A stretch of 64,000 nucleotides of DNA, taken from positions 28,768,001-28,832,000 of the forward strand of contig CM022679.1 in assembly GCA_012295275.1 (NCBI GenBank), written 5' to 3'. The position numbers and the translations under genes are program-made. This DNA comes from Chrysomallon squamiferum. Lineage: Eukaryota > Animalia > Mollusca. This document shows, piece by piece, positions 15,667 to 33,325 of this stretch. Under the pieces are notes generated by a model, which worked only from the letters and a program-made list of their open reading frames with translations, did no database searches and was not told where the DNA came from. Within the stretch, counting starts at the first letter, position 1. Each line of letters starts with the position of its first letter.

Positions 15667-17011
15667 AACAGACGATCACCAAAAATTATTTGTGACGTAC
15701 AAACTGTAACGTGTAAACAAAAACACATAGATACTCTTAACTAATATCACTAGAAACTATATAATATGTGTCATTGTTTACGTACAAAGTTTTCGGTTTC
15801 ATGTTCGATCGAAGGCACCACTGTGATCTATAGATATACTGTATAACCGAGTCAGATCTTGTCGAGTGAACAGTCAAGGGAATGTAAATAATTAAGTATA
15901 CAGTTACATTAACAAATGTCTAGAGACGTTTACAAAACAGATCTATTCCTTTGAGGCAGAAATATATATGCTGTTTTGCTTCAATTCATCTCTGTCGACA
16001 TGATTGTGAATGAATACTAAAGAATAAAATAAATAATTGTTTTCACTTTTTTGTTGTACAATGTTAAACAAACAAAATAAACAATTTGAGTAATTGCAAA
16101 GAAAAAATTAGTAAAAGATATATTTATATATATATCCTGTCAAAAGAATCGAAAACATAACATATAAATATACGTACATACATGCATAATATACATACAT
16201 ACATATATTAATATATATAATCAGAATAAGAAAACTGTTGAGTATATATATATAGATATATCCTCAACAGTTTCCTCATTCTGCTTTTGAAACACACATG
16301 TAATACTCCATCATCATAGGAGAGATCCGAGCATAAGAAAAGTATTAACACAGGAAGCAATCTTCATTTGACAACACAAATTACACGACAGTTCACGTTT
16401 CAACAAAACTGTGCTCAGAAATAATATCACAATCATCACGTCTATCACTTCACTTACATTTCAGTTCTTACCTTTAGTCTAACCTATTTCCAACCTTTAT
16501 CATCCTCTATTCAATCTCTCAATAAATCATCTGTTCATTGATTTTTTTATTTTATTTTTTTCATCTTTTTAAAACTATTAAAATACAAAGAGACGAAGAC
16601 AGCCATTTCTTCATTTACCTTTCACTTGTGTGCATGAAGCAGCATCTCAACACTAAAAAGCTGGGTGGACATATAGAAGTCTGATACTGATTACCATGGT
16701 TTTCACGGTGCGCTGACTCTGTGTATTTAACTTGACTTCACATTCATATTTTATATTATAACAAACTGACGACGGCTGTTCAGTAACGTGTTACTGTACG
16801 TGAAACATCAACACGTGTAACTAACGTTATTAAATTTATATGAACTTTGTGAATGCAGATTTTCAGTAAGGTAATCATAAGGGACCTGTGTTGCTATAAA
16901 CGTAGGAGGTTCATTGATCTTGTTGGTATAAACAGACAACTGAGGTGTAGTCGGCCGTGTATATACATTCAGTTTGTCTCTGGACACAATTAAAATCACA
17001 AATTTACCATC

Positions 17012-17087
17012 ATGAGGAAATATTTCTTCGTGTTTTTAGCAATAATTTACGTTTGTAGTTCGGGAGGTATGTATACACACATTACCT

Positions 17088-17126
<39 letters not shown>

Positions 17127-19109
17127 CTTACTTACTTACTTATTTATGTATTTCGGCTTTGTGTCGCAAGAAAACTGTCTAAAAGAAAAAAAAATTACCA
17201 TTTGTTTTGAATTAGTATAGATATTTAGCTCAAAGGTGATTTTTGTTTTATTTTTCCGAAAGCTAAGCCTTACAACCAGAACAAATTGAATCGAGCAAAT
17301 GTTTGTCTTTAAAAAGAAACATGAACAATTATTTTTTGTATGTATTGTATATTATTTTTATTATATTATTTTTATTAATCATAATCTTGTTCTTAAATTT
17401 ATTTGTATTTATTTTTATTTATTTCTTGCATAAGAAATGATAGTAACGATATTCATGAAAAAGACGGCGAAAAATACAAATGTTTACGTATATCCTTATA
17501 CTTACACGATTATCTAGAAGGAAATAGATAATTGTTCATGTCTAGTAACAACACTGATTGCTGTTGATAATTGTTTTTTCTGTAGATCTTTCAGACAACA
17601 TCGCTCTCAAAAAACCGGCAATCATGAGCTCAGTGTACAATAACTACGAGAGGGCAAAGGCGAAGCAGGCAGTGGACGGCAACACTGGAACTGATTTCTA
17701 CAACAATTACTGCTCACATACGGGCTCAAATGACACGAATCTTTGGTGGATGGTAGATTTGGAAAACACGTACAATGTGCACACGGTTACTTTGACTAAC
17801 AGAAATAGTATGGGTGAGTGTCTGTGTCATCCGCTTCACACTGCTCGGTAAACGTAGAACTGCTAAACATTAAAAACCAGTCTGCGAGGTTAATAAAACA
17901 ATTACCTCACTCTTCTCCCCATAAACATACATACATAGACATAGATATATGAATATATATATATATATACATACATACATACATACATACGTACACACAC
18001 ACATATACACGTATATATATATATATATATGCCATGCACACATACATTCTTACACACATACTTACAGACATAATTAAATACATATATACATACATGCGTT
18101 CATAATTGCACACATGTACTTACATACATATACATCAGCCTACCTGAATACATACATACATACGAAGTTATATATAAATATAATTTGTGTTCTTTAAACG
18201 TTAAGACTTAAAGTGAGACGTGAACAACAAAAGTCAAGATTTAAATTATTTTCTCGACAGCAACATCAGTTCATCCGTTTCTACACCACCCTGGGACGAC
18301 ATTAATGACTGGAGTAGATTTATCTGCTTTGCTTTCGAAGAAAAAAGAAAAGAAAAGGAAGCAACTAGGTTTATTTTAGATTTATGAATTAAGTTTTGTA
18401 CCCTCAGTTTATATCATTGCAGCTTTTCGACTTGTCCATTTTGTTATTGAAGTTTTTGTGAGGAATCCTAAAAACTGTGCCGAAGCCAAAGTCACTGTGT
18501 GTTATAATCATACTGGAGCGGCGCTAGGAGCTTCTGAGACGAGAAGCTTCGCTTGTGAGAAACCAACAACAGGTCGATTTGTCAGAATCAGAAAGTGGAA
18601 GCAAGATTATGTCCTCACTTTGTGTGAAGTTCAGGTTTTCGGCCAGCGAAAAATTGGTAAACTTTATAATAAACGTAATGGTAAAAAATTATGTTAATAA
18701 TGTCGTAGCTGTATCTTATTAAATGCGTTATAGATATGCTATTTTATTAATGTAATTTAGATTGAATGGCGATAATATATGTTTCTTTTCTTAGCCTCTG
18801 TAAAATATCGTTCGTTGATAATAAACACTGAAATGTTTGTCGTTAAACTGATATTTCTCATCTGTTTTAGGTTGTGAAAATCCAGTTCATTTCGATCGAC
18901 TTACACAAACACGACTAAAATCAGATAACCCTCTGATACTGACCACACCCCTGATGAACTGTGCTGTTGAGTGTCTGAAAAATGGCGCCTGTCTGGCTTT
19001 CAACTTCAACACAGAAATTCAGCAGTGTGAACTCGTCTTTCAGCCTCAGTTTGGCGAGACAACTGAGAAGAATTCCGTGTGGGACTACTACGGATCAGAT
19101 TTGTGTTAA
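17012..19109 (+). CDS. Secreted F-type lectin + PAN/apple protein, copy E (251 aa, intact)
   Basis: Exons 17012-17066 (MRKYFFVFLAIIYVCSSG), 17586-17813, 18423-18656, 18871-19109; sizes 55/228/234/239, phase-1 introns. Confidence 0.92.
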
Positions 19110-20456
19110 AACAGACGATCACCAAAACGTGTTTGTTACGTAAAAACTCTAACGAGTAAACAACAACACACAGATACTGTTAACTAATATCACTAGAAAC
19201 TATATAATACGTGTCATTGTTTACGTACAAAGCTTTCGGTTTCATGTTCGATCGAAGGCACCACTGTGATCTATAGATATACATTATAACCGAGTCAGAT
19301 CTTGTCGAGTGAACAGTCAAGGGAAAGTAATTAATTAAGTATACAGTTAAATTAACAAATGTCTAGAGACGTTTACAAAACAGATCTATTCCTTTGAGGC
19401 AGAAATATATATGCTGTTTTGCTTCACTTCATCTCTGTCGACATGATTGTGAATGAATACTAAAGAATAAAATAAATAATTGTTTTCACTTTTTTGTTGC
19501 TACAAGGTTTAAACAAACAAAATAAACAATTTGAGTAATTGCAAAGAAAAAATTAGTAAAAGATATATTTATATATATATCCTGTCAAAAGAATCGAAAA
19601 CATAACATATAAATATACGTACATACATGCATAATATACATACATACATATATTAATATATATAATCAGAACAAGAAAACTGTTGAGTATATATATATAG
19701 ATATATCCTCAACAGTTTCCTCATTCTGCTTTTGAAACACACATGTAATACTCCATCATCATAGGAGAGATCCGAGCATAAGACAAGTATTAACACAGGA
19801 AGCAATCTTCATTTGACAACACAAATTACACGACAGTTCACGTTTCAACAAAACTGTGCTCAGAAATAATATCACAATCATCACGTCTATCATTTCACTT
19901 ACATTTCAGTTGTTACCTTTAGTCTAACCTATTTCCAACCTTTATCATCCTCTATTCAATCTCTCAATAAATCATCTGTTCATTGATTTTTTTTTTTTTT
20001 TTTTTTCATCTTTTTAAAACTATTAAAATACAAAGAGACGAAGACAGCCATTTCTTCATTTACCTTTCACTTGTGTGCATGAAGCAGCATCTCGACAACA
20101 AAAAGCTGGCTGGACATACTGAACTCTAGTACTCACTACCATGGTTTTCACGGTTCGCTGACTCTGTGTATTTAACTTGACTTCACATTCATATTTTATA
20201 TTATAACAAACTGACGACGGCTGTTCAGTAACGTGTTACTGTACGTGAAACATCAACACGTGTAACTAACGTTATTAAATTTATATGAACTTTGTGAATG
20301 CAGATTTTCAGTGAGGTAATCATAAGGGACCTGTGTTGCTATAAACGTAGGAGGTTCATTGATCTTGTTGGTGTAAACTGACAACTGAAGTGTAGTCGGC
20401 CGTGTATATACATTCAGTTTGTCTCTGGACACAATTAAAATCACAAATTTACCATC

Positions 20457-20532
20457 ATGAGGAAATATTTCTTCGTGTTTATAGCAATAATTTACGTTTG
20501 TAGTTCGGGAGGTATGTATACACACATTACCT

Positions 20533-20563
<31 letters not shown>

Positions 20564-22534
20564 CTTACTTACTTACTTACTTATTTATCTATTTCGGCTC
20601 TGTGTCCCAAGAAAACTGTCTAAAAGAAAAAAATTACCATTTGTTTTGAATTAGCATAGATATTTAGCTCAAAGGTGATTTTTGTTTTATTTTTCCGAAA
20701 GCTAAGCCTTACAACCAGAACAAATTGATTCGAGCAAATGTTTGTCTTTAAAAAGAAATCTGAACAATTATTTTTTGTATGTATTGTATTTTTTTTATTA
20801 ATTATAATCTTGTTCTTAAATTTATTTGTATTTATTTTTATTTATTTCTTGCATAAGAAATGATAGTAACGATATTCATGAAAAAGACGGCGAAAAATCA
20901 CAAATGTTTATGTATATCCTTATACTTACACGATTATCTAGAAGGAAATAGATAATTGTTCATGTCTAGTAACAACACTGATTGCTGTCGATAACTGCTT
21001 TTTCTGTAGATCTTTCAGACAACATCGCTGTCAAAAAACCGGCAATCATGAGCTCAGTGTACAATAACGATGAGAGGGCAAAGGCGAAGCATGCAGTGGA
21101 CGGCAACACTGGAACTGATTTCTACAACAATCACTGCTCACACACGGGCTCAGATGACACGAATCTTTGGTGGATGGTAGATTTGGAAAACACGTACAAT
21201 GTGCACACGGTTACTTTGACTAACAGAAATAGTATGGGTGAGTGTCTGTGTCATCCGCTTCACACTGCTCGGTAAACGTAGAACTGCTAAACATTAAAAA
21301 CCAGTCTGCGAGGTTAATAAAACAATTACCTCACTGTTCTCCCCATAAACATACATACATAGACATAGATATATGAATATATATATATACATACATACAT
21401 ACATACATACGTACACACACACATATACACGTATATATATATATATATATATGCCATGCACACATACATTCTTACACACATACTTACAGACATAATTAAA
21501 TACATATATACATACATGCGTTCATAATTGCACACATGTACTTACATACATATACATCAGCCTACCTGAATACATACATACATACGAAGTTATATATAAA
21601 TATAATTTGTGTTCTTTAAACGTTAAGACTTAAAGTGAGACGTGAACAGCAAAAGTCAAGATTTAAATTATTTTCTCGACAGCAACATCAGTTCATCCGT
21701 TTCTACACCACCCTGGGACGACATTAATGACTGGAGTAGATTTATCTGCTTTGCTTTCGAAGAAAAAAGAAAAGAAAAGGAAGCAACTAGGTTTATTTTA
21801 GATTTATGAATTAAGTTTTGTACCCTCAATTTATATCATTGCAGCTTTTCGACTTGTCCATTTTGTTATTGAAGTCTTTGTGAAGAATCCTAAAAGCTGT
21901 GCCGAAGCCAAAGTCACTGTGTGTTATAATCATACTGGAGCGGCGCTAGGAGCTTCTGAAACGAGAAGCTTCGCTTGTGAGAAACCAACAACAGGTCGAT
22001 TTGTCAGAATCAGAAAGTGGAAGCAAGATTATGTTCTCACTTTGTGTGAAGTTCAGGTTTTCGGCCAGCAAAAAATTGGTAAACTTTATAATAAACGTAA
22101 TGGTAAAAAATTATGTAAATAATGTTGTAGCTGTATCTCATTAAATGCGTTATAGATATGGTATTTTATTAATGTAATTTAGATTGAATGGCGAGAATAT
22201 AATATGTTTCTTTTCTTAGCCTATGTAAAATATCGTACGTTGATAATAAACACTGAAATGTTTGTCGTTAAACTGATATTTCTCATCTGTTTCAGGTTGT
22301 GAAAATCCTATTTATTTCGATCGAGTTAGACAAACACGACTAAAATCAGATAACCCTCTGATACTGACCACTCCCCTGATGAACTGTGCTATTGAGTGTG
22401 TGAAAAATGGCGCCTGTCTGGCTTTCAACTACAACACTGAAATTCAGCAGTGTGAACTCATCTTTCAGCCTCAGTTTGGCGAGACAGCTGAGAAGAATTC
22501 CGTGTGGGACTACTACGGATCAGATTTGTGTTAA
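20457..22534 (+). CDS. Secreted F-type lectin + PAN/apple protein, copy F (251 aa, intact)
   Basis: Exons 20457-20511, 21010-21237, 21845-22078, 22296-22534; same sizes and phases as D and E. Confidence 0.92.
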
Positions 22535-23043
22535 AACAGACGATCAAACTGCAACGTGTGAACAACAACACAATTATGTGGTTGATATCACTAATAATTA
22601 TAAGCTATGTCTTTGAGTTTATTTAGTTACGTACAAACTATTCGGTGTAGTATTTGATTAAATGGACCAGTCTGATGTAGATTAGACTCCTGGACGGCTT
22701 CCCCATCTCCAGGACATCTGCACCCCAGTCCGAACATAGACAGGTGGACATCCTGGCACTCCCAAGTGAAATGTAAGCTAGGATATCTACCACTAGGGAT
22801 ACCAAATCCCCATACATTACAATACAAATAACAGATACTGAAATATTGTTATTAAATAAAAAATTTACTTAAATCGTTTTTAACTTTTACAACTGTAAGT
22901 GTAGATTGACTTTGTAGTAAATATGTATTTTTGTTTATCAAATAATAGAAAGTTCGCTGTTTCCTGTGTCAAATAGTTTCTCTCTTAACAGCCAGGTAAC
23001 AAGTCACGTTGATGTTGTTTTGTCTCCTGCTTTGAAAAAACTA

Positions 23044-23079
<36 letters not shown>

Positions 23080-23815
23080 GATAATGAAACATTTAGGAAA
23101 AGAAAATAGTCTGGTTTTGTACAAGCCATATCCTTGTTACTCATTATTAATATTGGGTTATTTTAATTATTTCTTTACATGTGGGTTTAAAATTATCTTT
23201 CTTAATTACCATATTCTCTTTTAATTTCACATTACAGTTTCACAGTTTGAAGTGATATTTCTTTGCATCAATAAATGATTTCGTCACCAGAGCAAAGTTT
23301 ACTTATATTTTCTAACGAGTATGTTTTCAAGGAATGTTTCACTATTTTAATTAAGTAATTAAGTAATTAGCAGACAGAGCTGTTCTACTTGAGACAAATA
23401 ACGAATATTTTGACCACTGAATCATTGCCCATTCCAACCTGTGTTTCACAATATTAACAGGATGTGTTACGTATAATCGACTATAACGTAATGTAACGCA
23501 CTGTTTAACAGAAGTATTTAAAAATGTTATAGAAATGTTGCTGATGAATTTTGTCAATTAGGAAGGGGTTCCAGAGGGAAAATGATAAGCAGATTGTGTT
23601 GAGTGAAAAGTAAAGTGAATAATGTAAATAATTAAGTCTACGGTTAAATTAACAAGTATTTGGAGACATGTACATGACAGATCTATTCCTATGAGGCACC
23701 AGAAATATCTAGGCGGTTATGCTTCTCTTCGCCTCTGCTGACATGATTGTGAATGAACACCATTAAGTGATTAAGTTTGAGAAATTAAAAATAATTGTCA
23801 TTCCTTTTTTACGCT

Positions 23816-23852
<37 letters not shown>

Positions 23853-24319
23853 GCTTCGGGGACTTGTACAAAGTAAAGAAAGTAATTGCAAAGAAACAAT
23901 CAATATATCGTAAAAGATATATTTATATACACCTTTCAAAAATATGCAAGTCATAACATATATATAAATACACACATATATACATAATACTTACAATAAT
24001 ACATGATATAATATGTATGTTTATAGATAAGGCATGTTTCCTCATTCTCGTTAACTTCTTATTTTTTAAAAAGATTCAATACTCGATCACCTATCACTTA
24101 TACGTGCATAAGAAAAGTATTGTCCAGAAATTAGATCCAGTTTTCCATCAACTGTACATTTGCCTTCTGTCTCATCGAATCTAGAACTCAAGATGTTTAT
24201 TCAGATCGATGTTAAAAGAAAACAATTTTAATTATGGGAATGTTGAATTAAGAGAATCACAATTATTTGTCAGTGTATTTGCTTTCAATATGTAAAGATG
24301 TTGTACCGTACAAACAAAA

Positions 24320-25140
24320 CACTGTACGTTTTACAAGTAAAATGTAATTTGTTTGTACAGACACTGTCTAAACAACACGATGTACGTTTAACTAGTAAAA
24401 TGTAATTTGTTTGAACAGACACTGACTATGCAACACGATGTACGTTTAACTAGTAAAATGTAATTTGTTTGAACAGACACTGACTATGCAACACGATGTA
24501 CGTTTTACAAGTAAAATGTAATTTGTTTGAACAGACACTGACTATGCAACACGATGTACGTTTTACAAGTAAAATGTAATTTGTTTGAACAGACACTGAC
24601 TATGCAACACGATGTACGTTTTACAAGTAAAATGTAATTGGTTTGTACAGACACTGTCTAAACAACACGATGTACGTTTTACAAGTAAAATGTAATTTGT
24701 TTGTACAGACACTGTCTAAACAACACCATGTACGTTTTACAAGTAAAATGTAATTTGTTTGAACAGACACTGACTATGCAACACGATGTACGTTTTACAA
24801 GTAAAATGTAATTTGTTTGAATAGACACTGTCTAAACAACACGATGTACGTTTTACAAGTAAAATGTAATTTGTTTGAACAGACACTGACTATGCAACAC
24901 GATGTACGTTTTACAAGTAAAATGTAATTTGTTTGAACAGACACTGACTATGCAACACGATGTACGTTTTACAAGTAAAATGTAATTTGTTTGAATAGAC
25001 ACTGTCTAAACAACACGATGTACGTTTTACAAGTAAAATGTAATTTGTTTGAACAGACACTGACTATGCAACACGATGTACGTTTTACAAGTAAAATATA
25101 ATTTGTTTGAACAGACACTATGCAAAACAGTGTACGTTTT
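24320..25140 (+). repeat. 58-bp minisatellite, ~14 copies, same family as the 54-bp array
   Basis: Unit TTACAAGTAAAATGTAATTTGTTTG(T/A)ACAGACACTG(TCTAAA/ACTATG)CAACACGATGTACGTT; period 58 (24621 to 24679). Confidence 0.93.
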
Positions 25141-25284
25141 TGTTGGATTGTCTTGCTTTAACATAATTAACTTTTAATTAAATTTTTGTTAAATACATAG
25201 CTTTTAACTGCTTTTAACTGATGTGCAAATAAAAATAGTTTTTACCGGAGAAAATATTTGTCAAGAAATTAACTTTTTGCTTCT

Positions 25285-25665
25285 GAAACGTACACCTTGT
25301 AGTTTATCAGTGTCTGTATAAAAAAAATTACATTTTACCCTGTAGATCGTCAGTGTCTGTACAAACAAATTACATGTTACCTGTAGATCGTATACCTTGT
25401 AGTTTGTCAGTGTCTGTACAAACAAATTACATTTTACCTGTAGATCGTATACCTTGTAGTTTGTCAGTGTCTGTACAAACAAATTACATTTTACCTGTAG
25501 ATCGTATACCTTGTAGTTTGTCAGTGTCTGTACAAACAAATTACATTTTACCTGTAGATCGTATACCTTGTAGTTTGTCAGTGTCTGTACAAACAAATTA
25601 CATTTTACCTGTAAAACGTACACGTGTTGTTTACTCAGTGACTTTACAAAATACCTTTCACTTGT
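25285..25665 (-). repeat. 57-bp minisatellite, ~6 copies, inverted member of the same family
   Basis: Reverse complement contains GTAAAATGTAATTTGTTTGTACAGACACTG; period 57 (25351 to 25408). Confidence 0.92.
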
Positions 25666-25898
25666 AAATAATTTGATTTTCACCGGAAATAATCTTTCAT
25701 CAATAACAAAAACAGAAGAGGAAAGCAAGACGATCTAGACTTTTTCCTTCTTTTTGTGTTTCTTTTCTCTCATTTTATTTTTATTTTATTTTATTTATTT
25801 TGTTGTTGTTGTTGCTGTTATATTTTTAGAAGGTATCTATCTGATGGTTTCAAGCACTTGTCATTATCGCTTCATAGGGACACAGACACAGATACACA

Positions 25899-25987
<89 letters not shown>

Positions 25988-26901
25988 ATCAATGCATCAA
26001 AAATTAAAATAAAAAATAGGTCAATCAATGTAGAAAAAATATGTTAGTGCTTTTTATTACATGAAAAGCAAACTTTGTTCTCATTGAGATTTAACTACTG
26101 AAGAAGTGCTAAAATATACATGAATGCAGCTGACATTTATTTATTCATTGCTTATTTGTGAACTGACGTGTAATTTATTACAATATTTGTCTGTCAGTAT
26201 TCTCAGTATATGAAAGCGGAAAATAAGAATAAAAACTAAATAATTGTGATCAGTGTTTTATTAGATCAATACAGGAATCGATAGCGCACATATATGTCTA
26301 AAATGTAAGCAAGACCATAAAAATTTGATATAAATGATGATGATAATTGATTAAATTGATTAAAATGTAAGCAAGAACATACAAGTCAGACATAAATGAT
26401 GATGATAACTGATTAAATTTTATCAAGATATGACGAGTTGATAAATGTTTACATTTTCGTAAATACAGCTTATCTATTCAGACTTTTTTCAGTTACTTGC
26501 GTGAGAGTTTTTATTGAGACCTCTGACATTTAAATATTCTGATAACAGTAAAAGCTGATTCTATCAAGTTTTTCTATCTATGAAGCATTCAGGTTTTATA
26601 TGTTTTAGAATGGAAAAAATATGCAATTGCCAGATTACAAAACATGTCTCACTGTAAAAGATAACACAGAGAAGTAACCTAAAACAAAAAAAAACAAAAA
26701 ATAATTAAAAAAAATACCACCCTTAATTTAAAATAGTTTAACGCAGTGAAAAGTTAGAGAGTCCAATGTTAATTTTATACAGTGAAAAGTAAACAAACCA
26801 CATTACATGATACGTTGTAGAAATCTCGTAGTTTTCAGCACATTCCAAATAGACTTTGTACGTGACAAAATGTTTAGTATCATTTACTGATTGTCTGTTT
26901 T

Positions 26902-29736
<2,835 letters not shown>

Positions 29737-30303
29737 CGTGTTAGAATACGTGTAATTAAGATGGTATCGCTAGGTGTTGTAAGCTAAACAATGTTATCGT
29801 TAGATTTCACACTGTATACGCTTTAAAGACTCTGAATCAGTTATGTCAATTAATTACAGCAAGTTTAATTCTCTAATGATCATTGTATCATGCTTCTCAA
29901 AACGACATTTCGACTGCGCCATACAAATTTAATGTTATGGCTTTTCAATGTTGCTTTCTCTCGGATAAAGTCTGCCATAAATACAAAAAAACAAAAACGT
30001 GTTCTGTACTGTAATGTATTCACAATATTCACTTTGATAACAAGCTATAATGAATTATATACGTTGTTATGTTCAAATCATGAATGGCGAGAATCAAAAA
30101 TAATAAACAAATTGCATATACGTTTTTACTTTTTGGAAATAATAATTTTATTATTTATTTATAGAGTTTGTTTCGTGCGTTTAATGATATTTGTGTAACA
30201 ACTGTTGAAAGTGAAAAACACAAAAGGCGACCTAAAAATATCAAAACGATCTTAGAGAAAACAAGAATACATTAAATATAGCTGAAGCGAATTTTTTGTT
30301 TGT

Positions 30304-30334
<31 letters not shown>

Positions 30335-31269
30335 TGTATTCATTCATTCATTCATTCATTTTATTTATTTTTTGTCTTTTTCATTTCTTTCTCTAAATCT
30401 CTCTCTCTGTCTCTGTATGTGTGTGTGTGTGTGTGTGCGTGTGTCCAGCTTTTAATTATGCTTTGTTCTAACCTGTGCAAATTATTATTCAAACCAATTC
30501 TAATGTTTTATTATTAAATTAACCTTTGTTTTATTACAAGTTTCAAAACTTTATCTAATAATTCACACAATTTGCTTTAAATTAATGGGGCGTGTTGTTG
30601 TTGTTTTCCTATTAAGTTATTATAATTGTTATTATTATTGTTATTATTGTTTTCGAAAACAGTAATGTTTGGTGTTTAGACACTGTTCTGTTAAACATAG
30701 CTTACAATCGGTCTATTCAGAACATGCTTGTTTATTTATGTCTGTCTGTAATTCTGTTTGTGTTTATGTTTCTCACTGCGGGTGTTATAATGGTAAACAC
30801 GTCACCTGAGACATGACTGGTCGCAGAATGAAAGATCTTGATGTTTACTGTCGTCTAAGGGAAGGTGCATATAAACGTGCCATTCTTGCTAATCAGAAAA
30901 GGACTAGTCTCCCTTGACGGTGATCGTTTAAAATTACAGGCTGTAAATGATTATTGTTGTTTTGATCACTATCATTATTTTTATTATTATTAACATCATC
31001 ATCATCATCATCATCATCATTAGTATTGTTGTTGTTGTTGTTGTTGTTGTTGCAAAACAAGGTTAGACGACCTCTTGAGATCTTTGTAAAAAATGTGTAA
31101 TGATTAGCAGAAGATAATGTTGACATGCAAACAGTTTTATTGTTTTACTTTTCTCTGTCCGACAAAATAAATATTTTATTTGTCATTATATAGTTGTTTG
31201 TATATTTAAAATCCAACGTGTAGATCGTTGTACATCTGTTTTTATAAGATTACCTCTTTTTAAGACATT

Positions 31270-31520
31270 TAAAATCAGTTCTTGTATTGTATGTAGTTCT
31301 TATATAGTTAAAAATAAATATGAGCTCTTGGATTATATAAATGTTTTTATTGTTAAATATTAAAATCAGCTCTTGGATTGTATGCAGTGTTTATATTGTT
31401 AAAAATAAAAATGAGCTTTTGGATTATATAAATGTTTTTATTATTGAAAACAAAAATCAGCTCTTGGATTATATATGTTTTCTTATTGTTAAAAATTAAA
31501 ATGAACTCTTGAATTAAGTA
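31270..31520. repeat. ~46-bp degenerate tandem repeat, 5-6 copies
   Basis: Unit AAAATCAGCTCTTGGATTATATAAATGTTTTTATTGTTAAAAATA. Confidence 0.75.
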
Positions 31521-31701
31521 CAGTGTGTTTTTATCTTTAAAGAAACGACAACAACAAAAAACATTAAATACATAATCTATGCATACTGTTTAATTATTTA
31601 AAATACATTTTGTATGTATGTATGTATGTATGGTATGTACACACACACATTGTATCGTTGTAGAAGTTATCGTTGTAACTTATTATTGTTGTTTATTTAT
31701 G

Positions 31702-31753
<52 letters not shown>

Positions 31754-32093
31754 AGCTGATGCTGTGGCTAATTCTTGTCATAGTTGCAGTTTCTGCGTCA
31801 GTCAGTTCACCACGACGTCGTTATTGCAGTCCATGCTATGTGTGTTGTTGTCAACAGAAACGTAGTCACAAAAGAAGCCTCACTGGTGATAACAAAAGAT
31901 GGTGTGTGCTGAAAACTGGTTTCCTGTGAGTCGATTATAATACAGGGTATTGTTAATACCAATGTTTTCAAAATAATTTATAACTGACTAACATGTACAA
32001 GGCATACTCGGTATGTTCAGCGTAAATTAGTTTATACGTTAAATACATATGTATTAACTGTACGTCACAAATACGTTTTGGTGATCGTCTGTT

Positions 32094-32820
32094 TTAACAC
32101 AAATCCGATCCGTAGTAGTCCCACATAGAATCCTTCTCAGCTGTATCGCCAAACTCGGGATGAAAGATGAGTTCACACTGCTCATCTACAGTGTTGTAGT
32201 TGAAAGCCACACACTTAATATCCTCGCTGCAAAACAGCAGACATTCCAAGAGATACGTGGTTACATCCTCAGAGTATACAGAAACCAGATGCGTTCCTCT
32301 AACACGAGGAAAATATGAGGGATTTTCACAACCTAAAATAAATTTTTAAAGTTTTCAGCTAATTAATAATCACATTTAAAATTAATTTTTAGATATTCCA
32401 AGTTGTAAGAATCTATAGGCGGTAGTTTCGGGATTTGTATTGTTGATGTTGTTTTGTATTTTGATTTTTTTTTTTTTTATTTCTTTCTTTCTTTCTTTTT
32501 TTTAATGGGTTTTATTTGTTTTCTTTTTTCTTTTCATTTCTTTTTTCTTTTGCTCTCTCGTCTTTGTTTTGGAGAAAAGCTGGGTATATAAATGAAGAAA
32601 TTAATATATACACGTATTACAGAATAGCTTTGACTCTATTGTCTCAATCCAAAAAATAGAAGAAAAAATATGGAGGGAAATTCCTTCTCTACTTCAAAAA
32701 ATCAATCTATGTATCGATCAATCAATCAATAAAATAAGTTAAAATGAAATAAATAAATAATCTTAATAAATGCCATTTAATCGAGTACAGAGAATTAATT
32801 TATTAAGATTATTTATTCAT

Positions 32821-32879
<59 letters not shown>

Positions 32880-33275
32880 TTTCATTTTATTTTATTTTAT
32901 TTATTGATTGATTGGTAGATTGATTGATTTTTTTAATTTCCCTCCATATTTTTTTTTTCTGTTTTTTGGATTGAAACAGGAATATTTCAGGAAACAGGAA
33001 TATTTTAGACTCTTACTGTGTATGTCCTGTGCGCCGAATACTTCAACTTCACACAGTGAAAGACTATTGCCTGTGATCCACTTTCTGATTCGCACAAATC
33101 GACCTTTCGTCGGCGTGTCACAGAGGATGTTCCTGGTTTCAGACATTCCTAGTGACGCCCCTGTGTGGTTGTAACATACAGTAGGCGTGGCCTTCTCGCA
33201 CCATGCGGGGTTTATCAGAAATATTTCAATCACAAAGAACCGAAGATTTTCCCCTGTAATAATAATAATAATAAC

Positions 33276-33325
<50 letters not shown>

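Noticed and set aside
24320-25665. CRISPR-like appearance of regular repeats (also 60862-61648)
   Set aside because: Head-to-tail units without unique spacers, no cas genes, eukaryotic context.
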